The translations under genes and the position numbers were made by a program. Below the pieces are notes generated by a model. It searched no databases and had not been told where the DNA came from. It saw only the letters and a list, made by a program, of their open reading frames with translations. This document shows, in pieces, positions 8,156 through 21,000 of a DNA stretch of 64,000 nucleotides (positions are counted from its first letter, which is position 1; each line of letters begins with the position of its first letter). Origin of the DNA: Minisyncoccota bacterium (GTDB lineage: Bacteria; Patescibacteriota; Minisyncoccia; Phycocordibacterales; UBA1006); the NCBI GenBank assembly GCA_021209525.1, contig JAJOIF010000004.1, forward strand, positions 35,730-99,729, in the 5' to 3' direction.

Positions 8156-10609
8156 CTACAAAAGCGTGAGCGAAGCAATTTCATCACCTGCACGCAATTT
8201 CATAATACGCACCCCTTGTGTGGCGCGACCAAGCACTGAAATATCTTCTAAGGCAGTACGAATCACTTGACCTTTTTTAGAAATTACAATAACTTCAGTA
8301 TACGAAGCATCTACCACGCGAGCACCCACCAAGAGACCTGTTTTTGCGGTGAGTTGTGCGGTTTTAATGCCTGAACCTCCGCGATTTTGCACCTTGTATT
8401 CAGAGAGCTGTGTACGCTTACCAAAACCATTATCCGTTACCACGAGCATGTGCATCTCAGCAGCTACAGGAGTGATAACATCTACACTCACGAGCGTGTC
8501 ACCTTTTTTAAGTGCCATACCCTTGACCCCTGCGGCACCGCGCCCCATAGGACGAATATCAGCATTCTTGAAACGCACTGATTGACCATTACGAGACGAC
8601 ATAATAATGTCATCGTCTTCTGACAAGAGGCGCACATCAAGCAAGAGATCGTCACCCTTGAGCGAAAGTGCAATGAGCCCATTTCTGCGGACATTTTTGA
8701 ATTGATCAGCGGCTACTTTTTTGACAATACCTTTTTGAGTTGCAAAGAAGAATGACAATGTTTTTTGTTGTTCTGTTTTAGGAATAGCAAGAATTGAGGT
8801 GACTTTTTCATCATCAGCCAGTTGCAAGAAATTCATAATTGACTTGCCTTTGGTTGCGCGTTTTGCTTCGGGAATTTCGTACATCTTGATCGAATAGACC
8901 TTACCCATATTGGTAAAGAAAAGGAGGTCACTCTTAGTGCTCGTCACCAAGAGATGCGTCACGACATCTTCTTCTTTGGTTTCCATATCAACAACACCTA
9001 CGCCACCGCGTTTCTGTGCTTTGTATTCAGATGGATCAGTACGTTTTACATATCCTCCTTGAGTAAATACGAGTGCTGATTCTTTGTCTTGGACAAGGTC
9101 TTCGTCTGAAATTTCAGCAACACCGCGAGCTACGACACGTGTGCGTCGCTCGTCATTGTATTTTTCTTTGAGTTCAAGTAATTCGTCTTTGACGACTGCA
9201 AGCATTTTTGCAGGGCTCGCAAGTAATGCTTTGAGCGACTTAATGAGTTTGAGCATTTCTGCTAATTCATCTTCGATTTTCTTGCGCTCAAGGCCGGCAA
9301 GTTTTTGCAAGCGCATATCTAAAATAGCCTGAGCTTGAATATCAGAGAATTTGAATTTTTTAATAAGGTTTGCTTTGGCTGTAGGAGTATCAGGTGATGC
9401 TTTGATGGTTTTAATAACTTCGTCAATATGATCGAGAGCTTTTTTGAGACCTTCTAAGATATGCGCACGCGCTTCGGCTTTGCGTAAATCAAATTCTGCG
9501 CGACGCTTGATGACTTCTCGGCGGTGATCAATAAAGTTCACGAGAATGTCTTTGAGTGACAATGTTTGCGGCACACCATCAACGAGAGCAACGAGGTTAA
9601 AGTTAAAATTGCTTTCAAGGTCAGTATGTTTATAAATATAGTTCAAAATACGCTGCGGATTAATACCTGTCTTGAGTTCAATAACAATACGAATATCATG
9701 TGTTGATTCATCACGCAAATTTTTGATACCTTGAATTTTCTTGTCACGCACCAAATCCGCAATCTTGAGAATCAGATTCGCCTTGTTTACACGATATGGA
9801 ATTGAGGTAATGATAATTTGGAATGCACCACGAACGCTTTCTTCTATGGTTGCTTCGCCACGCGTCACAACACCGCCACGCCCTGTTGCATAAGCATGAG
9901 CGATATCTTTTTTGTTATAGATGACACCCCCTGTTGGAAAATCAGGCCCTTGTACATATTGCATCAAATCTTCATTGGTCGCATTTTTATTATCAATAAG
10001 TGCTACCGTAGCGTCAACCACTTCACCGAGATGGTGTGGCGGAATATTCGTCGCCATACCCACCGCAATACCCAATGTTCCATTCAAGAGCAGGCTTGGT
10101 ACTCCCGCAGGAAGCACAATAGGCTCTACTGTAGACCCGTCAAAGTTTGGACGAAAATCAACAGTTTCTTTGTTAATGTCGCGCATGAGTTCTCCTGCAA
10201 GCTTTGACATTTTTGCTTCAGTGTAACGATACGCAGCAGCAGCGTCGCCGTCAATAGAACCAAAGTTCCCTTGCCCAATAACAAGAGGATACCGGAATGA
10301 GAACTCTTGAGCCATACCCACCATAGAATCATATACGGCAGAGTCACCGTGCGGGTGATATTTACCGAGCACATCCCCTACAATAGTCGCTGATTTTTTG
10401 AAGCGTGCACTGGCGGTCAAATTGTTTTTGTACATAGAATACAAAATGCGACGATGTACCGGCTTGAGCCCATCGCGCACATCAGGAAGCGCACGCGAAG
10501 TAATCACGGACATAGAATACGCCAAAAATGAATCTTTCATTTCTTGGACAATAGGTACTGGTTCAATATGATCGTGAGGTGTTGATACGGGTGATTCTTT
10601 TTTAGCCAT
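8156..10609 (-). CDS. gyrA: DNA gyrase subunit A
   Basis: [29 protein letters not shown], GyrA box QKRGGVG. Confidence 0.99.
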   Translation of the reverse strand: MAKKESPVSTPHDHIEPVPIVQEMKDSFLAYSMSVITSRALPDVRDGLKPVHRRILYSMYKNNLTASARFKKSATIVGDVLGKYHPHGDSAVYDSMVGMAQEFSFRYPLVIGQGNFGSIDGDAAAAYRYTEAKMSKLAGELMRDINKETVDFRPNFDGSTVEPIVLPAGVPSLLLNGTLGIAVGMATNIPPHHLGEVVDATVALIDNKNATNEDLMQYVQGPDFPTGGVIYNKKDIAHAYATGRGGVVTRGEATIEESVRGAFQIIITSIPYRVNKANLILKIADLVRDKKIQGIKNLRDESTHDIRIVIELKTGINPQRILNYIYKHTDLESNFNFNLVALVDGVPQTLSLKDILVNFIDHRREVIKRRAEFDLRKAEARAHILEGLKKALDHIDEVIKTIKASPDTPTAKANLIKKFKFSDIQAQAILDMRLQKLAGLERKKIEDELAEMLKLIKSLKALLASPAKMLAVVKDELLELKEKYNDERRTRVVARGVAEISDEDLVQDKESALVFTQGGYVKRTDPSEYKAQKRGGVGVVDMETKEEDVVTHLLVTSTKSDLLFFTNMGKVYSIKMYEIPEAKRATKGKSIMNFLQLADDEKVTSILAIPKTEQQKTLSFFFATQKGIVKKVAADQFKNVRRNGLIALSLKGDDLLLDVRLLSEDDDIIMSSRNGQSVRFKNADIRPMGRGAAGVKGMALKKGDTLVSVDVITPVAAEMHMLVVTDNGFGKRTQLSEYKVQNRGGSGIKTAQLTAKTGLLVGARVVDASYTEVIVISKKGQVIRTALEDISVLGRATQGVRIMKLRAGDEIASLTLL

Positions 10610-10650
10610 AGATGATACAAGTATACTACAAATGAATAATTAATTAAAGT

Positions 10651-11076
10651 TTAAAGCTCTGTTTCGGATGTCTCGGTAATGTCTGTAATAGTGAGTTCGC
10701 GTTCTGCGGCGAGCTGTTCTTGATTTTCATTTGCAATACGACGCAGGCGTTCTTGCTCTAGTCGTTCAAAAAATGCCGCCTCGTCAACCTCTTGGGTAAG
10801 TTCTTCGGTGCCAATATTTTGAAAGAGTTCCGCGGCGTCCCTGCGGACACTTGGTCTATGTGCTTGAAAATCTTTGAATTGACTAGAGATTGATTGACGC
10901 AAGGCTTGAACTGGGCGAGCAGCCGAAGAGCGCTCCCTGCGATTATCTTCAAAGCGTCCAGCAATTAAGGCTATCCATATGCCTATAATACACAGCAATA
11001 TGACGAGCGAGATAATGAGTGCATAACGGCGACGTTCTGTATGAGTTTTCGTGCGTAATGTTTTCAAGAAATCCAT
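10651..11076 (-). CDS. Hypothetical single-TM protein
   Basis: 141-aa ORF with one TM helix, in operon context. Confidence 0.7.
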   Translation of the reverse strand: MDFLKTLRTKTHTERRRYALIISLVILLCIIGIWIALIAGRFEDNRRERSSAARPVQALRQSISSQFKDFQAHRPSVRRDAAELFQNIGTEELTQEVDEAAFFERLEQERLRRIANENQEQLAAERELTITDITETSETEL

Positions 11077-11090
11077 AAGGCGAGAACGGA

Positions 11091-11708
11091 TTATGCAAGC
11101 GGTATAATTTCTGCTTTCTTACCTGCAAGGTCTTTGTATTTGAGAGTAAGTTTTGGTTCTGCGGATACTTGCGCATCACCACCCTCTTTGACAAATTGAG
11201 TAAGTGATTCTTGGTCATATCCCATAGGGATAATAATGTGAGGATTAAATGATACCGCTAATTTATGAGCTTCTGCTGGCATCAAAAGTCCTTGCCCCAC
11301 AGGAACAAAGATGATATCTACATCTTCGATGACTTCTTGGACGGCGGCGGGGATTTCCTTGCTCGTTAATGCTCCTAAAAAGAGAATCTTGATATCGTCA
11401 AAGGTAAAGTAGTAGATAGTATTAATATATTCGCGCCCATCTAGAATAGTTTGCGTCATGAGCCCTTGGATAAAGTACCCATGCACTTCATATGATCCAG
11501 GACTATCTATAGTAAAGGGTTCTTTGTCGCCATAGGTAACATTTTCAAAACCATGATAGAGAGGATGCTGTACACTTGAAAGTGCTATATCAGCACCAAA
11601 TTTTGACACCTTGCCAGAGTCGGTATCTTTGCCGATAGGGTTAAGTGCGATAATGGTATCCCCTACTTGTAATTTAAAGAATTGTTTGCCGTGATGCGTA
11701 ATAATCAT
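11091..11708 (-). CDS. MBL-fold metallo-hydrolase-like protein
   Basis: MIITHHG..FKL, PGSYEV.G, DIIFVPVG, IIIPM motifs. Confidence 0.85.
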   Translation of the reverse strand: MIITHHGKQFFKLQVGDTIIALNPIGKDTDSGKVSKFGADIALSSVQHPLYHGFENVTYGDKEPFTIDSPGSYEVHGYFIQGLMTQTILDGREYINTIYYFTFDDIKILFLGALTSKEIPAAVQEVIEDVDIIFVPVGQGLLMPAEAHKLAVSFNPHIIIPMGYDQESLTQFVKEGGDAQVSAEPKLTLKYKDLAGKKAEIIPLA

Positions 11709-11784
11709 ATATGTATAGTATACACTAATTCACGTAAAAATAAAAAGCCGCACATAGTGCGACTTCCTTTTAAATACAGATGCG

Positions 11785-12198
11785 TTATTTTTTAGCAGCA
11801 TCTCTGGCATTTTTTGCCTCCACAGTATGCGTGGTATGCGGCACAATACGTAAACGCTCCGCAGGAATAAGCTCTCCTGTTTTTACACAAATACCGTAGG
11901 TACCATTTGCTATTCTCAGAAGCGCCCTATCAAGATGCGCAATCATCTCCTTTTGACGATTAGTAGCATCAATGAGTTGTTTTTTTTGGTCTTCTGCAAT
12001 TTGAAAGTCGAGACCATTTTCACTCCGCAGAGCATCTCCAGAATAATCAGTTTTGATTTGTTTTTCGAACTCTTTAATGTCTGCCAGGCATTGATTTTTT
12101 TTCTCAAGAATTAATGTTTTGAATTCTGCGAGTTCTTCTGATGAGTATTTTTTCTTTCCTGTACTCACTGTCGGTGTAATTTGTTTTACAGTCATCAT
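11785..12198 (-). CDS. dksA: TraR/DksA family transcription factor
   Basis: YSSEELAEFK..coiled coil..ALLRIANGTYGIC..TGELIPAERL..VPHT. Confidence 0.88.
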   Translation of the reverse strand: MMTVKQITPTVSTGKKKYSSEELAEFKTLILEKKNQCLADIKEFEKQIKTDYSGDALRSENGLDFQIAEDQKKQLIDATNRQKEMIAHLDRALLRIANGTYGICVKTGELIPAERLRIVPHTTHTVEAKNARDAAKK

Positions 12199-12403
12199 TT
12201 TTTAAGTTTTTTTGTGAACAATATTTGAAATGTATAATACAATATATACATACAAAGTGCAAGCAATCTTGCAATTTTCTTGTGAATAGGTATACTGTAT
12301 AAGCATTTTATTAGACAGATAACCTATAGCTTAACCTTTTGCTGGTAGTCACCTACCCGCAAAAACACTATAGGTGTCCGTTATATGCGGACTTTTATTT
12401 TTT

Positions 12404-13495
12404 ATGCAAACAGACAAATCAGAAGGAGTGCTTGCGCTTATGGATCAACTCATTGTTGACCTCAAAGACCGCGCAATTGCACCAGACGATCTCGTTGAAG
12501 GAACTGTTGTTGCGCTCGAACGACGCGCAGTATATATCAACCTCGGCGACCTCGGTACAGGAATTATTTACGGACGCGAATATATGAATGCGCGCGATAT
12601 TATCCGCAACCTCAATATTGGCGATCCTATCAAAGGAAAAGTAGTTGAAGCAGAAAACGAAGACGGGTACATTGAACTCTCTTTGAAAGAAGCAAAACAG
12701 GCACTTATTTGGAAAGAAGCAGATCAGGCAATGCGTGACAAAGTACAATTTGCTCTTGAAATTGCAGAAGCCAACAAAGGTGGACTCCTCGTTCACTGGC
12801 AAGGTGTTGAAGGCTTCCTTCCCGCATCACAACTCTCTCAAGACAATTACCCACGCGTTGCTGATGGCGACAAAGACAAGATCCTTGAAGAATTGAAAGG
12901 ACTCGTGGGCAAGAAACTTGAACTCAATATCATCGGCGTTAATCCAAAAGAAGGTAAACTTATCTTCTCAGAAAAAGGAAAAGACAAGGCTGAAAAACAA
13001 GAACGTATGGTGAAATACGAAGTAGGTGATACTATCGAAGGAGCCGTTACCGGAACCACAGACTTTGGTATTTTTATCAAACTCGAAGAAGGTCTCGAAG
13101 GATTGGTGCACATCTCTGAACTCGATTGGGCACTCGTAGAAGACCCAAAGAAACTCTTCAAAGTTGGCGATACTGCACATGCACGCATCATTGAAATCAA
13201 AGATGGTAAAGTATCTCTCTCTATTAAGCAACTCAAAGCAAATCCATGGGAAACAGCATCACAAAAATATGCTCCCGAACAAGAAGTGTCTGGTGTTGTT
13301 ATTAAACACAACAAACACGGAGCTCTCGTTGCTATTGAAGAAGGAGTTGCTGGCCTCGTACACGTAAGTGAATTTGGCGACGAAGCAACCTTGCGCAATA
13401 ATCTTGAAATTGGCAAGAGCTATCCATTCAAAATCAATGTATTTGAACCAAAACAACAAAAAATGACCTTGTCATACACAGGCGCAAAGAAATAA
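12404..13495 (+). CDS. rpsA: 30S ribosomal protein S1 (four S1 domains)
   Basis: ANKGGL, GFLPASQL, FGIFIKL..GLEGLVHISEL, SLSIKQLKANPW. Confidence 0.93.
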   Translation: MQTDKSEGVLALMDQLIVDLKDRAIAPDDLVEGTVVALERRAVYINLGDLGTGIIYGREYMNARDIIRNLNIGDPIKGKVVEAENEDGYIELSLKEAKQALIWKEADQAMRDKVQFALEIAEANKGGLLVHWQGVEGFLPASQLSQDNYPRVADGDKDKILEELKGLVGKKLELNIIGVNPKEGKLIFSEKGKDKAEKQERMVKYEVGDTIEGAVTGTTDFGIFIKLEEGLEGLVHISELDWALVEDPKKLFKVGDTAHARIIEIKDGKVSLSIKQLKANPWETASQKYAPEQEVSGVVIKHNKHGALVAIEEGVAGLVHVSEFGDEATLRNNLEIGKSYPFKINVFEPKQQKMTLSYTGAKK

Positions 13496-13510
13496 TATTC
13501 TCGCATGTGA

Positions 13511-13543
13511 AAATACCACCCTCATCAAGGGTGGTATTTTTTT
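13511..13543. terminator. Intrinsic terminator
   Basis: AAATACCACCCT..AGGGTGGTATTT followed by T-tract. Confidence 0.8.
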
Positions 13544-13635
13544 ATACCTCTATTTTTATAATATACAGTACCCCGGGCAGAGCATGGGGTATCACCTTTA
13601 CTCAGCGTAATGCTCTCATGTGGCGAAGTATATGT

Positions 13636-14196
13636 TCAAGAGTGTGCTTCATTGTATCTATTCATAGCGGCAGCATGGCCTTCTGCTATAATAACTGCCA
13701 GCGCTGAGGCAATACGCTTTGCAATATGAGGAATTTCTTGTAATTCATCATCAGGATGACGACCGAGCACAGGCGGTTTAATGATGCGACCATCTTGCCC
13801 TAATCGACTAATACCAATGCGTACACGCACAAAATCAAGCCCGCCGAGAGATCTGGCTATAGAATGTACGCCATTATTCCCTGCTGCACCTCGATTATAG
13901 GAAATCTTGAATGACCCAAAAAAAATATCGAGGTCATCATGAAGCACAACAATATGATCATGCGCTACATGATGACGATCCGCAAGAATGCGCACTGCAT
14001 GACCAGAGAGGTTCATCATGGTTTGTGGTTTTACATAAAGCGCATCTGATGTGGCATATGTGAGGGCATCTGCATATTTGTCATACTCCCAAGACGCTTC
14101 TGGTAAAAGCGCATCACATACCAACCAACCAATATTATGGCGGGTATATGTATATTTATCTCCCTTATTTCCAAGAGCAACAATGAGATATTTCAT
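13636..14196 (-). CDS. pth: Peptidyl-tRNA hydrolase
   Basis: LGN....YTRHNIG, KPQTMMNLSG, HDDLD, RVRIGI. Confidence 0.96.
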   Translation of the reverse strand: MKYLIVALGNKGDKYTYTRHNIGWLVCDALLPEASWEYDKYADALTYATSDALYVKPQTMMNLSGHAVRILADRHHVAHDHIVVLHDDLDIFFGSFKISYNRGAAGNNGVHSIARSLGGLDFVRVRIGISRLGQDGRIIKPPVLGRHPDDELQEIPHIAKRIASALAVIIAEGHAAAMNRYNEAHS

Positions 14197-14273
14197 GCCT
14201 ATGAGTATAGCATACTTGTATATGCATGGTAAGTGATATGTTTGAATTCCGTCTCATCTAAAATAATCCACCA

Positions 14274-14311
14274 ACAAAAAACACCCCTCAAAAGAGAAGT
14301 GTTTTTTGTTT
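14274..14311 (-). terminator. Putative terminator downstream of 16S rRNA
   Basis: AACAAAAAACAC..GTGTTTTTTGTT inverted repeat. Confidence 0.6.
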
Positions 14312-14503
14312 TTACTTTGTGAACTTTTTGTTTCGTTCTATGACCCATTATGTATTCAATTGATATACACAATCAGGCTTTTGCCTCTTCTTAACGCAGA
14401 AGAGGAACGTGTGCCAATTTTCGAACTTGAGCACAATTGTTCGTTGCGTATAGACACAACATCGACCAATATACTAACGGTCAAAGACTCGTATAGTATT
14501 GGC

Positions 14504-15960
<1,457 letters not shown>

Positions 15961-16251
15961 ATCCATAAAATGGATTCCATAGAACGAAACAAAAAATTCA
16001 CAAAATCACATAAGTGATGGTTCGTATTTGATTTACAAAGTAAAATGTCTGCAGGCACAGACACTTAGGAGATATACCGCTACAAATTGTATGTTAGTAT
16101 TTCTTCATAAGTATTGTGATGCAACGCACCTGTGTGAGAGTTTTCTCTAGGTGCGGTGAATATTATACTCATATAAAAAAAATATGCAAGTCTTTTCTTC
16201 AAGAAAATTTCTTGAAGTGCTGTGGAAAAGATATGGGGGTATATCAAGGGT

Positions 16252-16467
16252 AAATTCCAAATTACAAATTCCAAATTACGAACAAAATTACAAGCCCAAA
16301 AACACAAGCGCATCAAACGGGATTAAGTCCCGCCGAGCCGGAAAAGTAAACTACAGACAATACATCTCAAACCCCAAAAACCGGTTCTGTAGATTTTTAT
16401 GTTTTGTGTTTATTTTTGAAATTTGGGATTTGCATCTTGTTTGTACCTTGTATCTTGCATCTTGCTT
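16252..16467. repeat. Inverted arrays of degenerate heptamer repeats
   Basis: Left arm AATTCCA/AATTACA units; right arm TTGCATC/TTGTATC units. Confidence 0.75.
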
Positions 16468-16512
16468 TGCTCGACCTGTAACGTTCACCTCTTTTATGCT
16501 ACAATACCCCAT

Positions 16513-17232
16513 ATGTCTCAGAATAATAACAATCACTACAGACCTAAAAAATTAACCACTGACGAAATTCGCGAAGGATGCGTACTCTTGACCGATGGCG
16601 ACGAACACGAGACGCGTATTTGTGTCATCAATGAAGAGTTCCGCCAAGGGCTTGATTTCATCAAAACCTATGACGCATCTGTAACCATTTTTGGTTCTGC
16701 GCGCACTCCGGAAACTGACCCTTACTATGATCTCGCTCGCACTATAGCGCGACGCATTGTCCAAGATCTCGGATATGCTATCGTCACCGGCGGCGGACCT
16801 GGTATGATGGAAGCCGGCAATCGTGGCGCACATGATGCAAGGGGTCGCTCTATTGGATTTTCAATCAAACTCCCTATGGAGCAAACGAGTAATCCATACA
16901 TGACTGATGAGCTCTCGTTTTACTTTTTCTTTTCACGTAAAGTATGTATGACCTATGCATCAGAAGCATACATCTATATGCCCGGAGGGTTTGGAACATT
17001 GGATGAACTCTTTGAAATTCTGACACTCGTGCAAACAGAAAAAATTAGCAGGTTCCCTATTATTCTTGTTGGCGAAGATTTCTGGAGACCACTTGATGCA
17101 TTCATCAAGAAAACACTTCTGGAACAATATCAAACAATTAGTCCCGAAGACTTGGATCTCTATATCATCACTGACGATGTAGATCTCATTATAGAGACGA
17201 TCAAAAAAGCACCTGGCAAGCGTGATGACTAA
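16513..17232 (+). CDS. LOG family (TIGR00730-like) Rossmann-fold protein
   Basis: VTIFGSAR, TGGGPGMMEAGNRGA, PGGFGTLDE. Confidence 0.93.
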   Translation: MSQNNNNHYRPKKLTTDEIREGCVLLTDGDEHETRICVINEEFRQGLDFIKTYDASVTIFGSARTPETDPYYDLARTIARRIVQDLGYAIVTGGGPGMMEAGNRGAHDARGRSIGFSIKLPMEQTSNPYMTDELSFYFFFSRKVCMTYASEAYIYMPGGFGTLDELFEILTLVQTEKISRFPIILVGEDFWRPLDAFIKKTLLEQYQTISPEDLDLYIITDDVDLIIETIKKAPGKRDD

Positions 17233-17420
17233 TATGAAATCCCTCCGACACGGAGGGTTTTGTTGTGAATTACCCTTTGTCACCCCAAAGGAGGAAGAGT
17301 GTCACCTCATATGGTTAACTATACATTTACTTACAAATATTTCAGAAATAATGTATACTCTATGCACAAATGTCTTTCGGGATCCATCTCTTGTTTTCAA
17401 GAGAGGGAAATAAGAAAAAC

Positions 17421-17770
17421 TCAGAACAGTACTGTTTTGAGTTTTTCTTTTATTTTACCAAATTCTTTCTTTGGCACATTACCGATCTTTTCAGTGTATC
17501 GCTTTTTATCGATAACCTTTACTTGCGAAAGAATTACATATGACGAATTCTTATGTTTAGGGTTGTGTAATTCAACATCAGAAATCTTGTGGTAAAAATT
17601 ATTATCCTTGCCCTTTATTGTTAAGGCTGCTGTAAAGAACAAATTTACTATCTTTTTTAATATCAGAACCGGTCTCAGGAAATTATCTTTTCCTTTTTCT
17701 TCAAAACCAATATTTTGTCCGATTTTAGCAAACCATATTTCGCGAGGATTGATATAAATAAAATCACCTA
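17421..17770 (-). pseudogene. PemK/MazF family toxin, apparently 5'-truncated
   Basis: REIWFAKIGQNIGFEEKGK..RPVLILKK, VILSQVKVIDKKR; the only upstream ATG lies inside the neighbouring gene. Confidence 0.65.
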
Positions 17771-18025
17771 CACCTCCACTCCTTCTCGCTGCAATAACTC
17801 TTTCTTTGCGTCTTCGCCGCCGCGATTGTAGGCACCTGCTTTTCCTGAACTCAAAATTACGCGATGACATGGAATTGCTGGATCATAATTATTTTTCATA
17901 ATCGTTCCTACTGCGCGCGCAGCTTTGGGGTTTCCTGTGGCGCGTGCTACTTCGCCATAGGTCATGACAGAGCCTGCGGGTATTTTTGATACGACATGGA
18001 GGACTTTTTGGGTGAAGGTGGGCAT
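17768..18025 (-). CDS. MGMT/Ogt-family O6-alkylguanine DNA-binding protein
   Basis: TYGEVA....AARAVG, IPCHRV active-site motif. Confidence 0.92.
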   Translation of the reverse strand: MPTFTQKVLHVVSKIPAGSVMTYGEVARATGNPKAARAVGTIMKNNYDPAIPCHRVILSSGKAGAYNRGGEDAKKELLQREGVEV

Positions 18026-18077
18026 AGTAAATTAGAGAATGGTGATGAATCATGATTTTAACACTATTTCATTCATC

Positions 18078-21000
18078 TCATACACATATCCAAAATTTTG
18101 AGGTTTTTGATTCGATCAAGCCTTCATCATACGGCTCAGGTAGTTCATCATATAAAACATCTTTGATGGTTACTAAAACTTTTGCTCTGCCTTGTTGAGT
18201 TTTTCTCCAATCCAAAACAAATGCTGTTTGCTTTAGTGTTTTAAGTAACTCTTTTGCAACTTTTTTAATTTCCTTGATTTCATTTTCTTTCAAGTCTTCT
18301 TTGTAAAGCAAATCAAAAATCGCAAGCTCTTCTTCGATTAACTCTTCTCTCACTCCTCTTTTTTCCTCATCATTCAAAGATTCAGCAAATTTCATCAAAG
18401 CCTCAAAAAACTCTTCAATATTTTTTGAGCCAGAATTATATTCTGAAAGTAATTTTTCAAATTGCTCTACTAGTTTTTGTCTAGTCGGGTTCAACCTCAC
18501 CAATTCTTCAAGTTTTTCTTTCAAGGACTGCTTCAATTTTTCTGCTTCTTTTCTTTTATTTTTCTCAAAATACTTTCGCAATTTTTCAAAATCAATCTTA
18601 CTCAAATCATATGGTTTGTAATCTTCAGAAATCACATACCCTTCAGCAGTAATCGCATTATCAAGAAGCTCTTCAATAGCATCTGCAACGTCTTCTACAT
18701 TCACATCTTTTCGAGTCAGAATTCGCACCCTCTCTGCTAAAACTCGATACAATTTAACCACATTGAAAAATTCACTCGCGCTTGGGTCTGGCATAATAGC
18801 CCCCAAAAGACTCGTCGCACGATTACTCATCGTCAAAAATTCGTTCTTTGATTCTTCATCGGTCAAAATAGCATCAACTGCATTTTCTATTAAAGCCAAT
18901 TTTTCAAAATCTACTGCTTCACCAATTTGCACAATATTGATTCCATATTCACTACAATATTTATCAAGCTCGCCCAAAACTCCTCGTAATTCATTTACCA
19001 GTTCTGTTTTTGGTTTTATAGGCTTTGCATCTTCATCACCTCGCGCTCCATAAATAGCCAATGCTTTTTTCAGACTTCGAAATACTCCGATATAGTCCAC
19101 AATCAATCCATTTGTTTTTGCGCCCCACACACGGTTTGCACGAGCAATGGTTTGCATCAGAGTATGATTTTTCATTGGCTTGTCCAAATACACCGTCGAA
19201 ATAATCGGAGCATCAAATCCAGTCAGCCACATATTACACACAATCACAATTTTCAAAGGATCATTTACATCTTTAAATTTTTTTTCCAAATCCTCATTGA
19301 TCATTCTTCGGCGATGAGTTTCTATATCAAGCCCAAGCTTTCGGAAATCATCCACTTCGTTTTGAGTCGAACTCATCACCATCGCAATATCAGGACAGTT
19401 TGGCTGCGTTTTCATTTTGTTATACATTTTCACCGCAGTTGGTCGATCTATCGCCACAAACAACGCCTTACCATCATTCCCTTGGCTGTTAAAATGTTCA
19501 ATCACATCACGGGCAATAGTGTTCAATCGTTCTTCTCTCGTGATCAAATGATATTCAGTATTAAATTCTCGTTCAAGCTTTTTCTCTTGATCATCATCAA
19601 GCTCAAAAGTTTCAAGCACTGTTCCCAAATCCTGCCCTAAACTCTCCAAATCAATCTGCAGCTCTGGAATACGGTTATCGTAATACAAAGGCACTGTTGC
19701 CTTGTCATCCACAGACTGCTTAAAATCATAAATACTGACATAATCTCCAAAAGTGCTTTTGGTTTGTTCTTCTTCGCCAGAAATAAGCGGTGTTCCGGTA
19801 AAACCAATAAATGAAGCATTCGGTAAAGCCCGACGCATATTGAGCGCCAAAGTGTCATACTGACTTCTGTGTGCTTCGTCAGTCATCGCGATAATATCGC
19901 TTCGCTCTGAAAGTACAGGAAATTCCGTCTCGCCTTCTTGCAATTGGAATTTGTGAATCAAGGTGAAAATATTGCGATGGTCTTCGGTTAAAAGTTCGCG
20001 AAGTTTTTGCACACTGCTTGCACGTACCATTTCTTCTGGTTCAAGCACTGCACCCACACCGGCAAAATTTGCATAAATCTGCTTGTCGAGTTCCTGCCTG
20101 TCTGTTACCACAAGAAAAGTATAATTCCCTTCATATTTTCGCAAAATCTTTTGAGCGAAAAATACCATAGAATAACTTTTTCCTCCTCCTTGTGTATGCC
20201 AAAAGACCCCAATTCGCCCATTGTTTTCTTCTCGCTTTTCAAAAGATTTAATCGCATTATTTACTCCCAAATACTGATGATTTTTCCCAATCAATTTTAT
20301 CATCCCTTTGTTTGTATCTTGAAACAATACAAAGTTTTCAATAATATCAAGTAAACGCGTTTTGTCGCACATACCACGAAGCAAGGTTTCCAAATCCACC
20401 CTTCCTTTTTCTTCTTCATCACTAATTCTTTTCCAATCAGAAAAATGTTCAAATCCGCTCGTAATAGAACCCATCTTTGCATCAAGTCCGTTTGAAATAA
20501 TCAAAAGCTGGTTATACCAAAACATCTGCGGAATTGTGTCTTTATAGTCTCGAATATTACCATCAAAGGCATCTCGCAAGTTTTTGTGCGCAGCCTTAAG
20601 CTCGATAAACACCAAAGGCAAACCATTCACAAACCCCACCAAGTCCGCTCGGCGTTTATACATATCACCCAAGATCCACATTTGCGATACCAAAGTAAAA
20701 TGATTGTTCTCTGGATTATCAAAATCAATCACACGCACCGTTTCCACATCACGAGTTCCGTCACCGCTCACCACATCCACCTTGACCCCGTTTTTCAAAA
20801 GCTCATAGATTTCTTTATTCGCTTTGACCATACTCATTTTTGAGCGGTCTTTGGTGATTTCTTCTATTGCATCATCAATGGCACTTTTTGCAATGCTTGA
20901 ATTCAATTTCTCCAAAGTAGTCCGAAGACGAGAAACCAAGACAACCTGACCCTGATGTTCTCGCCCAAGCTTTGCATCACCTTCATCAGTATAGGCATTT

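Noticed and set aside
18050-18105. hsdR as a pseudogene (C-terminus KFWICV* versus alternative-frame GYVYEMNEIV)
   Set aside because: A possible indel affects only the last few residues, all catalytic motifs are intact, and it may be a sequencing error.
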